64,000 bases of DNA from Patescibacteria group bacterium (lineage in GTDB: Bacteria; Patescibacteriota; Patescibacteriia; Patescibacteriales; JAQTRU01), in the NCBI GenBank assembly GCA_028716725.1, contig JAQUPG010000005.1, positions 2,453 through 66,452 of the forward strand. The letters are read 5' to 3'. The translations under genes and the position numbers were made by a program. Of the stretch, positions 28,306 to 38,262 are shown in pieces (the stretch's first letter is position 1; every line of letters begins with the position of its first letter). The notes under the pieces were generated by a model. That model searched no databases, had not been told where the DNA came from, and saw only the letters and a program-made list of their open reading frames with translations.

Positions 28306-29400
28306 TCATCCTGTCCAATAAAAAGCCATAATGCTTAAGTCAATGATATTTATGATTCCGTCGCCGTTCAAATACGTGGCTTCATACGCCCGCATCGTAT
28401 CATTCAAAGTCTTTTTGTACCAATAGCCGGCGATGGAAAAATCAATGATGTTCACGCGGTCGTCTCCATTCAAGTCGCCCTGTTTGAGGGATTCGGTCTG
28501 ATCATAAGGAATATTTTTTTCTCCCACCACGAATCCGATAGTGCGGCTGAAATCGCTGATACTATTGTCTTTGGCCGATTTTGCTCTCGTTTCGTGATCG
28601 CCCTTAACTAAAAGGGCCGTGTCTAAATTATAAAGAAAAACACCGTCATTGTCGGCATTAACGGTATGAAAAGTTTCATTATCCGAAGCTACCCCGATAG
28701 TCACCTCGCTTTCAGGAACGGTTTGGCCGAATATTGCCAAGTTATCGCCCTTGTGCACCTCTTTTTTATCAACCGCCAAAGTCGGGGACAGAAAAATTCC
28801 CCCAACCTGCGTTGTAAACCCAGAAGTAACCTCAATAGTGAATGGCTGGAATTGCGACATTCGGTCGTCTTTATCCAGGCCGACAATAACGAAAACATGG
28901 CTGCCGACATTGATGCCGCTTAGTGTAATAGAAAAAAGGGCGTCCGGTCCGGCTATGGTTGTGCCGACAACCTGTCCGTCCTTAAGTAGTCTGACCGTGC
29001 TTAAAGGATAAGCCCGGCCATTAAAGGAAACTCCTGCTTCGGCCGGCGATGTCAAACTGCCACCACCCCCTCCGCCACCGCCATTATTATTATTTTCAGT
29101 GGATATTTCTTCACTGGAAGACTCTTGGGTCAGAGCCCAAACGCGCCCTTGTTTTATCTCATAATTAGCGCTAGTAGAATTTGTCGCCGCAGGCAGTCCA
29201 ATTGCGGCTTTCACATCATAATTATCAGAATCTGTTTGTAACTCAACAAACCCCATAGATCCCTGGTCTATCAGGTAATGTTCACTAGTGGCTGAAGTGG
29301 CGGCGATGGCAAAGAATGGAATAATAATTATGTACGCGAAAAAAATTAAAGGAATTACAATTGGAACCCAGGCACTGGGTTTTTTCAGTAATGATTTCAT
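28306..29400 (-). CDS. Secreted protein with Ig-like repeats and a C-terminal type-I dockerin
   Basis: N-terminal hydrophobic signal/anchor, an N4-G8 linker, and two duplicated EF-hand-like segments: GDLNGDDRVNIIDFSIAGYW and YLNGDGIINIIDLSIMAFYW. Confidence 0.7.
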   Translation of the reverse strand: MKSLLKKPSAWVPIVIPLIFFAYIIIIPFFAIAATSATSEHYLIDQGSMGFVELQTDSDNYDVKAAIGLPAATNSTSANYEIKQGRVWALTQESSSEEISTENNNNGGGGGGGGSLTSPAEAGVSFNGRAYPLSTVRLLKDGQVVGTTIAGPDALFSITLSGINVGSHVFVIVGLDKDDRMSQFQPFTIEVTSGFTTQVGGIFLSPTLAVDKKEVHKGDNLAIFGQTVPESEVTIGVASDNETFHTVNADNDGVFLYNLDTALLVKGDHETRAKSAKDNSISDFSRTIGFVVGEKNIPYDQTESLKQGDLNGDDRVNIIDFSIAGYWYKKTLNDTMRAYEATYLNGDGIINIIDLSIMAFYWTG

Positions 29401-30140
29401 AATCTGTTTTTATCGGCAAATTCTTTTCTTAATTCATATTCACCGATAATTTTCCTTGACTTGGGATAGCAGACGGCATTACAGGTAATTAAATTAACTT
29501 TTTCAACTTTGAATTCCCCGATTTTTAAATTTCTTATTTTTTTAGCCGCATCAATAAATTGAGGGCTCGGATTTTCAGTAAAACGGCAGACTGTTATATT
29601 CCCCCAAAATACAGAATCAGAAAAGTATTTTTTATTGTCCGGTACCCCAATCTCCCGCAAACCTTTATCCAGGGCTAAAACTAATTTCTGAAGCGTATCG
29701 TTTGAATAGGCCATCACGGATAAACTGGTGGGAAAAATTAAAACATCCTCAACCTTAAATTCAAAAGCCGGAAATTTCGGAATTATCTCCTTAAATAATT
29801 GATCCACCTTTAAGATATCTTTTTCGGTAAATAACGGCGGCTGATGTATTCCCCTAATATTCTTAATTGTTAAATGCATTGATTCATCTGGATAAAAATA
29901 ATGGTGAGATTCAATTTCTTTTAAATTATTAATGACTTTTAAAATTATCCTATCGGAAACATCATTAGGAATAAAAACTACTGACGTTAAGCATATTTTA
30001 TTATTATTTGCATAATCGGTTTGAATGCTTACAACACTTACTTTATTATTATTTGCCTTAATATTGTTTTGAACAAATGAATTTTCAAGTTTTTTTACTA
30101 AAGCTTTTTGTTGCAATAAATAATTGTTTCTCATATTCAT
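29397..30140 (-). CDS. 2H-phosphoesterase (LigT-like) superfamily protein with a degenerate second motif (tentative)
   Basis: 247 aa. First H-x-T motif is MHLTIKN. The position of the second motif reads GNITVCRF (His replaced by Asn). Its stop overlaps the dockerin gene start in an ATGA. Confidence 0.35.
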   Translation of the reverse strand: MNMRNNYLLQQKALVKKLENSFVQNNIKANNNKVSVVSIQTDYANNNKICLTSVVFIPNDVSDRIILKVINNLKEIESHHYFYPDESMHLTIKNIRGIHQPPLFTEKDILKVDQLFKEIIPKFPAFEFKVEDVLIFPTSLSVMAYSNDTLQKLVLALDKGLREIGVPDNKKYFSDSVFWGNITVCRFTENPSPQFIDAAKKIRNLKIGEFKVEKVNLITCNAVCYPKSRKIIGEYELRKEFADKNRL

Positions 30141-30152
30141 TTATGAAACCCT

Positions 30153-30242
30153 TGGCGGAAGGACAGGGATTTGAACCCTGGAGACCCGTTAAGGTCTACT
30201 TGCTCTCCAAGCAAGCGCACTAGACCACTATGCGATCCTTCC
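30153..30242 (-). tRNA. tRNA-Ser (anticodon GGA), CCA encoded
   Basis: Hand-folded. Acceptor GGAAGGA/TCCTTCC, 3-bp D stem, anticodon stem CTTGC/GCAAG with loop TTGGAGA, long variable arm AGACC-TTAACG-GGTCT, T arm CAGGG-TTCAAAT-CCCTG, discriminator G plus CCA. Confidence 0.85.
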
Positions 30243-30265
30243 CTAAATACAATTATAAATTATAA

Positions 30266-30811
30266 TTACATAAACAAATTTGCGGCATGATTTCTGTTCA
30301 ATTCCCATTTTAAAGGATTATTTATGATGTATTGCCTGATATTATTTAATTCCTTTTCATTTCTTATTATTCTGTCATAAAACCTGGCTTGCCAGGCAAA
30401 AACAATATTATTACTTGTACAGAATTTTTTAACCCCGATTTTAAATCCGCGAATTATGGATGATAAATTTTTTGATTGCGGTCCTAATTTATTCTGATAT
30501 CCTTCCTGTAGGAACACAAAATTTTGTGTTCCTACGTTTTGTGTTCCTACATTTTCAATTTTAATTATCCCGTGAATATGATTCGGCATTATAATAAATT
30601 CATCTAACCCTACAAATGGAAAATGCCGTGGTATTTCTAACCAAAACCTTTCTGCCGCCCTACCGATTTTTGACAATTGCATTTTTTCATTCACAATATC
30701 GCCAAAATATAATTCACGATCTTTTGTGCAAATTGTTACAAAATACAATCCATCTTTAGAATAATCATAACCCTTATATCGATATTGTTTTTTATCTTTG
30801 TATTTTTCCAT
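30266..30811 (-). CDS. IS200/IS605-family Y1 HUH transposase, REP-associated tyrosine transposase (RAYT)-like
   Basis: HUH motif MPNHIHGII and a Tyr-helix region WQARFYDRIIRNEKE. ATG at 30811 is preceded by AGAGGAGGGGT. The longer track ORF would overlap the gatA 3' end. Confidence 0.75.
   Translation of the reverse strand: MEKYKDKKQYRYKGYDYSKDGLYFVTICTKDRELYFGDIVNEKMQLSKIGRAAERFWLEIPRHFPFVGLDEFIIMPNHIHGIIKIENVGTQNVGTQNFVFLQEGYQNKLGPQSKNLSSIIRGFKIGVKKFCTSNNIVFAWQARFYDRIIRNEKELNNIRQYIINNPLKWELNRNHAANLFM
30508..30550. repeat. Three copies of the 14-mer GTAGGAACACAAAA (one forward, two inverted) forming a 28-bp perfect palindrome inside the transposase ORF
   Basis: gtaggaacacaaaa|ttttgtgttcctac at 30508-35, then g ttttgtgttcctac at 30537-50. 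In frame, encoding NVGTQNVGTQNFVFLQ. Confidence 0.85.
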
Positions 30812-30822
30812 ACCCCTCCTCT

Positions 30823-30846
30823 GGGAACACAAAATTTTGTGTTCCC
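30823..30846. repeat. 24-bp perfect palindrome GGGAACACAAAATTTTGTGTTCCC (REP-like hairpin)
   Basis: Shares an identical 22-bp core with the palindrome at 30508-30535. Lies between the gatA stop (30873) and the transposase start (30811). Confidence 0.85.
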
Positions 30847-30872
30847 TACTTTTTGTATAATCAATTAAATCT

Positions 30873-32327
30873 TTAAGTCTCCGGTTTCTTCCCGTCCCAC
30901 TCCGTCGCTTTCTCATACGCGTTCCCGATTCTGAAAAGCATTCCCTCATCAAATCTTTTCCCGATTAATTGCATGCCAACGGGCAAGCCGGAAGAAAAAC
31001 CGCAAGGGATGGATACCGCCGGCAAACCGGCTAAAGAAGCGCCGGTGACAAAAATATCTTCCAAATACATTTTTAACGGGTCATCTGATTGCTCGCCTAT
31101 TCTAAAAGCCGGACTAGGCTGGGTCGGAGTAATAATCGCGTCTAATTTTTCCAGTTCAAAATCCAACTCTTCTTTTATTTTCGTCCTTACTTTTTGCGCC
31201 TGCAAATAATAAGCGTCGTAATATCCGGCAGATAAAACATAAGTGCCAAGCATTATCCGGCGCTTGGCTTCCGGCCCAAATCCTTTGCCCCGGCTCTTTG
31301 TATAAATTTCTTTCAAATCCTTGGCTTCTTTACTGGATAAGCCATATTTAACGCCGTCAAAACGGGCTAAATTAGAACTGATTTCCGAGGGCGTAATTAT
31401 ATAATAAACCGGGATGCCGTATTTAGCATAAGGAAGTTTTATTGGTATAATTTTTGCCCCCAATTCTTCCAATTTAACTATGGCTTTTTCTACCGCCTCC
31501 TTTACTCCTTTTTCCAGGCCCTGGCCGAAATATTCCTCCGGCCGACCGATTTTTAAACCCTTCAAATTTTTTTCCAAAAATTTCCCATAAACCGGGACTT
31601 CCATGTCCGGAGTGGTAGCATCGTTTTTGTCATGCCCGGCAATCGCTTCTAAAACTATGGCGGCATCTTCTATGGTCTTGGTTATGGGCCCGGGAACGTC
31701 AGTTGAGGAAGTCATGGCTATTAGGCCAAAGCGGGAAGCACGGCCATAAGTCGGCTTTAGGCCGACTACTCCGCAAAAACTGGCCGGGCACCTGATTGAC
31801 CCGCCCGTGTCAGTCCCTAAAGCAAAAAGGCACATATCCGCGGCTACGGCCGCGGCTGACCCGCCCGAAGACCCGCCCGGCACGCGTGTTAGGTCCCAGG
31901 GATTATGAGTTGGGCCAAAAGCGGAATTTTCCGTCGAAGCCCCATGGGCGAATTCATCTAAATTAGACTTAGCTAAAAGGATGGCTCCGGCTTCTTTCAA
32001 CTTTTTTATGATCGTAGCGTCAAAAGGCGCAATGTAATTTTCTAAGATTTTTGAAGCCGCTGTCGTTTTTACGCCTTTCGTTAAAATATTGTCTTTGGCT
32101 ATATAAGGAATGCCTAACAAATCTCCTTTTTCACCCCTGCTGCGCCGTTTGTCCGCCTCTTTAGCTTCTTTTGAAGCTTCTTTTTCACAAACCGTTAAGC
32201 AGGCTTTAATTTTTTTATCAATTTCCTTAATCCGCGCCAAACAGGCCTTAGTCAGTTCCGCTGAGGTTATTTCGCCTTTAGCCATTTTTTGACTAGCCTC
32301 TTTTATAGTAAGCTCATTCAACTTCAT
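30873..32327 (-). CDS. gatA: Glutamyl/aspartyl-tRNA amidotransferase subunit A
   Basis: 484 aa with amidase signature GGSSGGSAAAVA and a conserved GatA pattern throughout. Downstream of gatC. Confidence 0.95.
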   Translation of the reverse strand: MKLNELTIKEASQKMAKGEITSAELTKACLARIKEIDKKIKACLTVCEKEASKEAKEADKRRSRGEKGDLLGIPYIAKDNILTKGVKTTAASKILENYIAPFDATIIKKLKEAGAILLAKSNLDEFAHGASTENSAFGPTHNPWDLTRVPGGSSGGSAAAVAADMCLFALGTDTGGSIRCPASFCGVVGLKPTYGRASRFGLIAMTSSTDVPGPITKTIEDAAIVLEAIAGHDKNDATTPDMEVPVYGKFLEKNLKGLKIGRPEEYFGQGLEKGVKEAVEKAIVKLEELGAKIIPIKLPYAKYGIPVYYIITPSEISSNLARFDGVKYGLSSKEAKDLKEIYTKSRGKGFGPEAKRRIMLGTYVLSAGYYDAYYLQAQKVRTKIKEELDFELEKLDAIITPTQPSPAFRIGEQSDDPLKMYLEDIFVTGASLAGLPAVSIPCGFSSGLPVGMQLIGKRFDEGMLFRIGNAYEKATEWDGKKPET

Positions 32328-32366
32328 TATATTTGTTAATTGTTAAAAGTTAATTGTTAATTGTTA

Positions 32367-34711
<2,345 letters not shown>

Positions 34712-34723
34712 TTATAGAACACT

Positions 34724-35864
34724 TTATTTACAGCTTTCCGTATAACCAGCTACTTCTAATTGAGCACTTTTATACGGGCCATTACCTGTTGAATTCACCC
34801 ATATTGAATCTTCTCCGCAATATCCGCTGGCAGCCCAGGGACCTCTATTAGCGCGACAAACATTATAGCCCTTATACTGCCCCCAATCGAAACTTATCTG
34901 CGCGCATGAAACATTAATATTAGCAGAAGGACAAGTAGGGCATAAACTGCTCGAACCGCTAACAGAACAAGTAGTACAATTATATACGCTCTCATACCAT
35001 GCCGTATCATCATTTAACTTTGTTATTTGCCCATCACAATTCCAGTCCCAGCCCCTTGTTGAATGCTGTGTGGTATGAAAACCTGCGGCCGGATTTACTT
35101 GCGCATCTGTGTCCAAACAATCCGCATTGCTGGTTGATTTTCCTGTTCCGCAAGATGTAGCGCAAACGCTTGAACCCGTCCCGGCACCATAACTATCGCC
35201 GTCTCCGTCGTTATAACAGGTTAAAAGCTGATAAAAAGAGGCGTTACTATCATTACAGTCAGTGCCAATCAAAGAATTAGCCTGGCATTTTTTAGTGCCC
35301 GAGACAACGGCGTAACGATCTCCGTCAGTATCAACATAGCAATTTCCGGAAATACATTCTCCATCAGAAGAACAAATTTCTCCATTCGCCTTTGAACCAA
35401 CTTCTCCTGTATAAGTGCCGGCAACGCCGAAAATTGTTACTCCGCTTTTAATATTACTGGCGGCCAAGTCATTGTCCAAAGCGCTTTTTGAAGCCTGGTT
35501 AATAAAACATTTCCCGCTATTATTATCAGTACAGTCAACCAAAGTATTATTTAATAAATCAGCCAAACTATTCCAATTGCTTTCGGTTAATACATTATCA
35601 GCAGTAGTGGCAGCCGGTGGCAGCCGCATCGCAACTAGTTCCGCATTTAGTGTGGATTTCATTAACCAGAGTGTTCCAGTTAGTTTGAGAAAGCAAGCCT
35701 GAGCCTCCGGTCTTGGCGTCGTTCCAGGCAGCATAGACGCAAGTAATAGAGATAGCCAGAAAAATGCCAATAGTTAAATAAACAAAACGGTAATTGGTAA
35801 GTTTAAAAAATTTGGAAATAATATTTTTCACCTCGTTAGAAATTTTTTGGTTTTGTCGCTTCAT
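34724..35864 (-). pseudogene. Frameshifted gene for a membrane-anchored Cys-rich surface protein (NWN-motif family); two ORFs (88 aa and 348 aa) split by a 10-bp tandem duplication
   Basis: ORF 35598-35864 supplies the leader, TM helix and the AAWNDAKTGGSG..NWN module and stops at TGA. ORF 34724-35770 in another frame continues with AATTADNVLTESNWN and a Cys-rich ectodomain but has no signal peptide of its own. Deleting one copy of GGCTGCCAC(C/T) (35606-35625) joins the frames exactly. Confidence 0.6.
35606..35625. repeat. 10-bp tandem duplication (minus strand GGCTGCCACC GGCTGCCACT)
   Basis: Read directly on the plus strand as agtggcagcc ggtggcagcc. Confidence 0.9.
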
Positions 35865-35944
35865 ATTTTTTTGACCCCAAAAAAATTCAAACTCGAATTT
35901 CTAATGGGATTCATATGGTTATTTTAAATTAAAAAATACTAAGG

Positions 35945-36328
35945 TTATTCTTCCTCATTAACAATTTCAAAATTAACCGCTACACTTCTCCTGGTTTGTT
36001 GGTAACTGCCGGTAGAAGTAAAGGTTACCTGCGGAGGGGAAAGGGCGGAATCAACCTGGTAAGTGCTGCTGTTGCCCAAGCTGCTGGAAAAAATATTATC
36101 AGTATCAACATCAGGGACGGCATAGTTATTTTTTCTTACTTCCCATAAAGCTCTTTCCGCTCCGGCTTCAGCGGCAAAAAAAGCTTTGATTGACTGCTCC
36201 TGCGTCCGGCTCATTTTTATGCCGGGGACGATTAAACTGGCCGCCCCCAAAGCCACCACTAAAATTCCGGATAAAATCAGTAAAGTTAAAAGAAGCGCCG
36301 TGCCGTCGTTATTTTTTATTTTATTCAT
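35945..36328 (-). CDS. Minor pilin-like protein (PilX-type, no Glu5)
   Basis: 127 aa with N-terminal hydrophobic helix GTALLLTLLILSGILVVALGAASL. Last gene of the pseudopilin operon, with an 8-nt overlap with the upstream gene. Confidence 0.5.
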   Translation of the reverse strand: MNKIKNNDGTALLLTLLILSGILVVALGAASLIVPGIKMSRTQEQSIKAFFAAEAGAERALWEVRKNNYAVPDVDTDNIFSSSLGNSSTYQVDSALSPPQVTFTSTGSYQQTRRSVAVNFEIVNEEE

Positions 36329-36896
36329 AATATCTTGATGATATAGTCGTCTGTATTTTTATGGTTTGTTTATGCATCTCTTTGCCGACAGCTTCAATAT
36401 CCATCTTCATAGTCACTAACGGCTGCCGGCTGTGAAAAGCGCCGATTAGGTCGTCTGTAACTTTAAAGTTTAAACTAGTTACTTTAATCCGGCCGGGAGT
36501 GGTGGAAGCTATATTTTCTCCCCGGACAACATTTATGGCTTCGTCTTTTAAATAATAAGCCACACAGACACCGTCTTTATTTTTGAAATATAAGATATCG
36601 CCCTCGCTGTTGGTGGTGGTATTATAAACCTTATTTATGGCTACGGCCGGCGGGCTGAATAAAGATTCGCAGTCATGGTTGCTTAAAGTCGCCGTCCTGA
36701 TTTCTTTCGCCATGGTTTCAAAAGCGTATCTCATGCTCTCCTGGGTATTTTGGGAAGCAATGGCATTGCGCTGGCTTTCGATCACCAGCCTGAAAATTTC
36801 TGTCGCCGAAAGCATAACCACGGAAAATATGGCCACGGCCACCGTCATCTCCAGCAAAGTCACGCCCTTGTTGTTTTTTATTATATTCCTAAACAT
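36321..36896 (-). CDS. Prepilin-type N-terminal cleavage/methylation domain protein (minor pseudopilin)
   Basis: MFRNIIKNNKG|VTLLEMTVAVAIFSVVML is a class III signal. The track start at 36941 is a TTG; the ATG at 36896 is preferred. Confidence 0.7.
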   Translation of the reverse strand: MFRNIIKNNKGVTLLEMTVAVAIFSVVMLSATEIFRLVIESQRNAIASQNTQESMRYAFETMAKEIRTATLSNHDCESLFSPPAVAINKVYNTTTNSEGDILYFKNKDGVCVAYYLKDEAINVVRGENIASTTPGRIKVTSLNFKVTDDLIGAFHSRQPLVTMKMDIEAVGKEMHKQTIKIQTTISSRYYE

Positions 36897-36985
36897 ATTT
36901 ATTTTTATACGCTTGCTTCTTTCATAATCTTTAGTTCCCAACTATCCCGAAAATCCTAAGAATCTTAATAATCACATCACCCTTC

Positions 36986-37489
36986 CTACCGCCAATCATA
37001 TAAAATAGTATCGGCCACGTACTGATACGTCTGCCCCCTGTCTTCCCACTGGACGAGGCAGGAAACATTTAATGATTCGGAAGAAGTCTGGGTGATGGTA
37101 ATTAAACGGCTGAACAAAGAATCCAGATCTCCTGCTTGGTGCCAATAATAATCTTCCTCGCCCGCATCATTACTTTGCTGCAATTTTGCCTCTTCAATTC
37201 CCTCCACGCTGGTAATGTTGCCGGCGTAATCCACAATATAATTGCCCGGAGTAATGCCATTATCCCAATCATTGCCCGAAAGCCAATTGTTATCCCTGAT
37301 ATTTCTTGTAAGCTCCAGCCCTTCCTGGGCCAATTGCGAGGCAACTAAATTATTCTTATTTACATATTCCACCTGAACATTCTGGGTAGTTAAGGACAAG
37401 ACCCCGACCAATCCGATGGTAATAATGGAAAAGGCCACTACTATCTCAAGGATCGAAAAGCCTGATTGTTTTTTGAAAAATGTTTTCAT
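36986..37489 (-). CDS. Prepilin-type N-terminal cleavage/methylation domain protein (minor pseudopilin)
   Basis: MKTFFKKQSG|FSILEIVVAFSIITIGLVG is a class III signal with Glu5. Confidence 0.75.
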   Translation of the reverse strand: MKTFFKKQSGFSILEIVVAFSIITIGLVGVLSLTTQNVQVEYVNKNNLVASQLAQEGLELTRNIRDNNWLSGNDWDNGITPGNYIVDYAGNITSVEGIEEAKLQQSNDAGEEDYYWHQAGDLDSLFSRLITITQTSSESLNVSCLVQWEDRGQTYQYVADTILYDWR

Positions 37490-37518
37490 AATTTTTGGGC
37501 AAACCTTGTTAAAACAGC

Positions 37519-38130
37519 CTAATTGGTAACCTCTACCAGCCCGAAGAAATTAACGGCCACAATTTTCGTTAGATCTTCGGTTTCTCCCCCCAACTTTATT
37601 TGTACAATATTATAACTATTTTCTCCATCCCAAATATTAGTGGTTGGATCCGGGGGCAGGAAAGTAATATCAACCAAATTTATTAAAGCGCCCGTGTTTA
37701 TCTCGGTCAGCCCGATACCAGCCGGAAAATTAACCGTTTGCCCGCCCTTATCTTTATCGTCTTCTCCGATATCGTACGCTTTGTTGCCGTTGCTGTCAGC
37801 AAAAATTTTATAACTTCCCGGAAAAGAGGCTTTGTCAAAATGCACCCCCCAGCCGCCGCTGGGAACGCTGCCTCCATACTCTTTCGACCCCAAACTATAG
37901 CTTTGCGCCAACCTTATGTCGCTTATCAATTTCTGCGCCGTCATCGTCAGTTCAGATTGTTTGTTGCCCGAATGGTAATTAGCTAAAAAAGTTCCGGAAA
38001 TCAAAGCAATAATAGAAATGCTCACTATCATCTCTATTAAAGTAAACCCTCTTCTTTTAGAAAGAAGGCCGATCTTATCTTTTACATTTTTTTTCACCCC
38101 GTTAGAAATTTTGTTACTTTTTTTTCCCAT
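37519..38130 (-). CDS. Prepilin-type N-terminal cleavage/methylation domain protein (first and largest pilin of the operon)
   Basis: KRRG|FTLIEMIVSISIIALISG is a canonical class III signal, preceded by an unusually long 28-aa basic leader. Confidence 0.8.
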   Translation of the reverse strand: MGKKSNKISNGVKKNVKDKIGLLSKRRGFTLIEMIVSISIIALISGTFLANYHSGNKQSELTMTAQKLISDIRLAQSYSLGSKEYGGSVPSGGWGVHFDKASFPGSYKIFADSNGNKAYDIGEDDKDKGGQTVNFPAGIGLTEINTGALINLVDITFLPPDPTTNIWDGENSYNIVQIKLGGETEDLTKIVAVNFFGLVEVTN

Positions 38131-38262
38131 AGTAACATTAATAACATTTAATCTATTTTTAAAATGTCTTTTCCCGCAATAACAAACATATCAACCATTT
38201 CTAATAAAATTTTACCCCCGTCATATATATTATCTTTTTTTCTAGTTGAATTTCTAACAGGG
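38097..38262 (-). promoter_or_regulatory. 14-bp long-range inverted repeat bracketing the pilin start codon
   Basis: In the minus-strand RNA, CCCUGUUAGAAAUU (38262-38249) can pair with AAUUUCUAACGGGG (38110-38097): 13 Watson-Crick pairs plus one G-U. The loop contains the ATG at 38130. Confidence 0.4.

Noticed and set aside
29059-29082. Run of eight Gly codons in the dockerin protein as a slippage-prone simple-sequence repeat
   Set aside because: The DNA uses mixed Gly codons (gcc acc acc ccc tcc gcc acc gcc on the plus strand), not a homopolymer or perfect short repeat. Phase variation by slippage is therefore unlikely.
32328-32366. GTTAATTGTTAA-type repeats in the gatC-gatA spacer, and TGATTATT(A/G)TTTATT repeats at 40300-40360
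   Set aside because: They are short, AT-only and imperfect. They are indistinguishable from the low-complexity composition of intergenic DNA in this genome.
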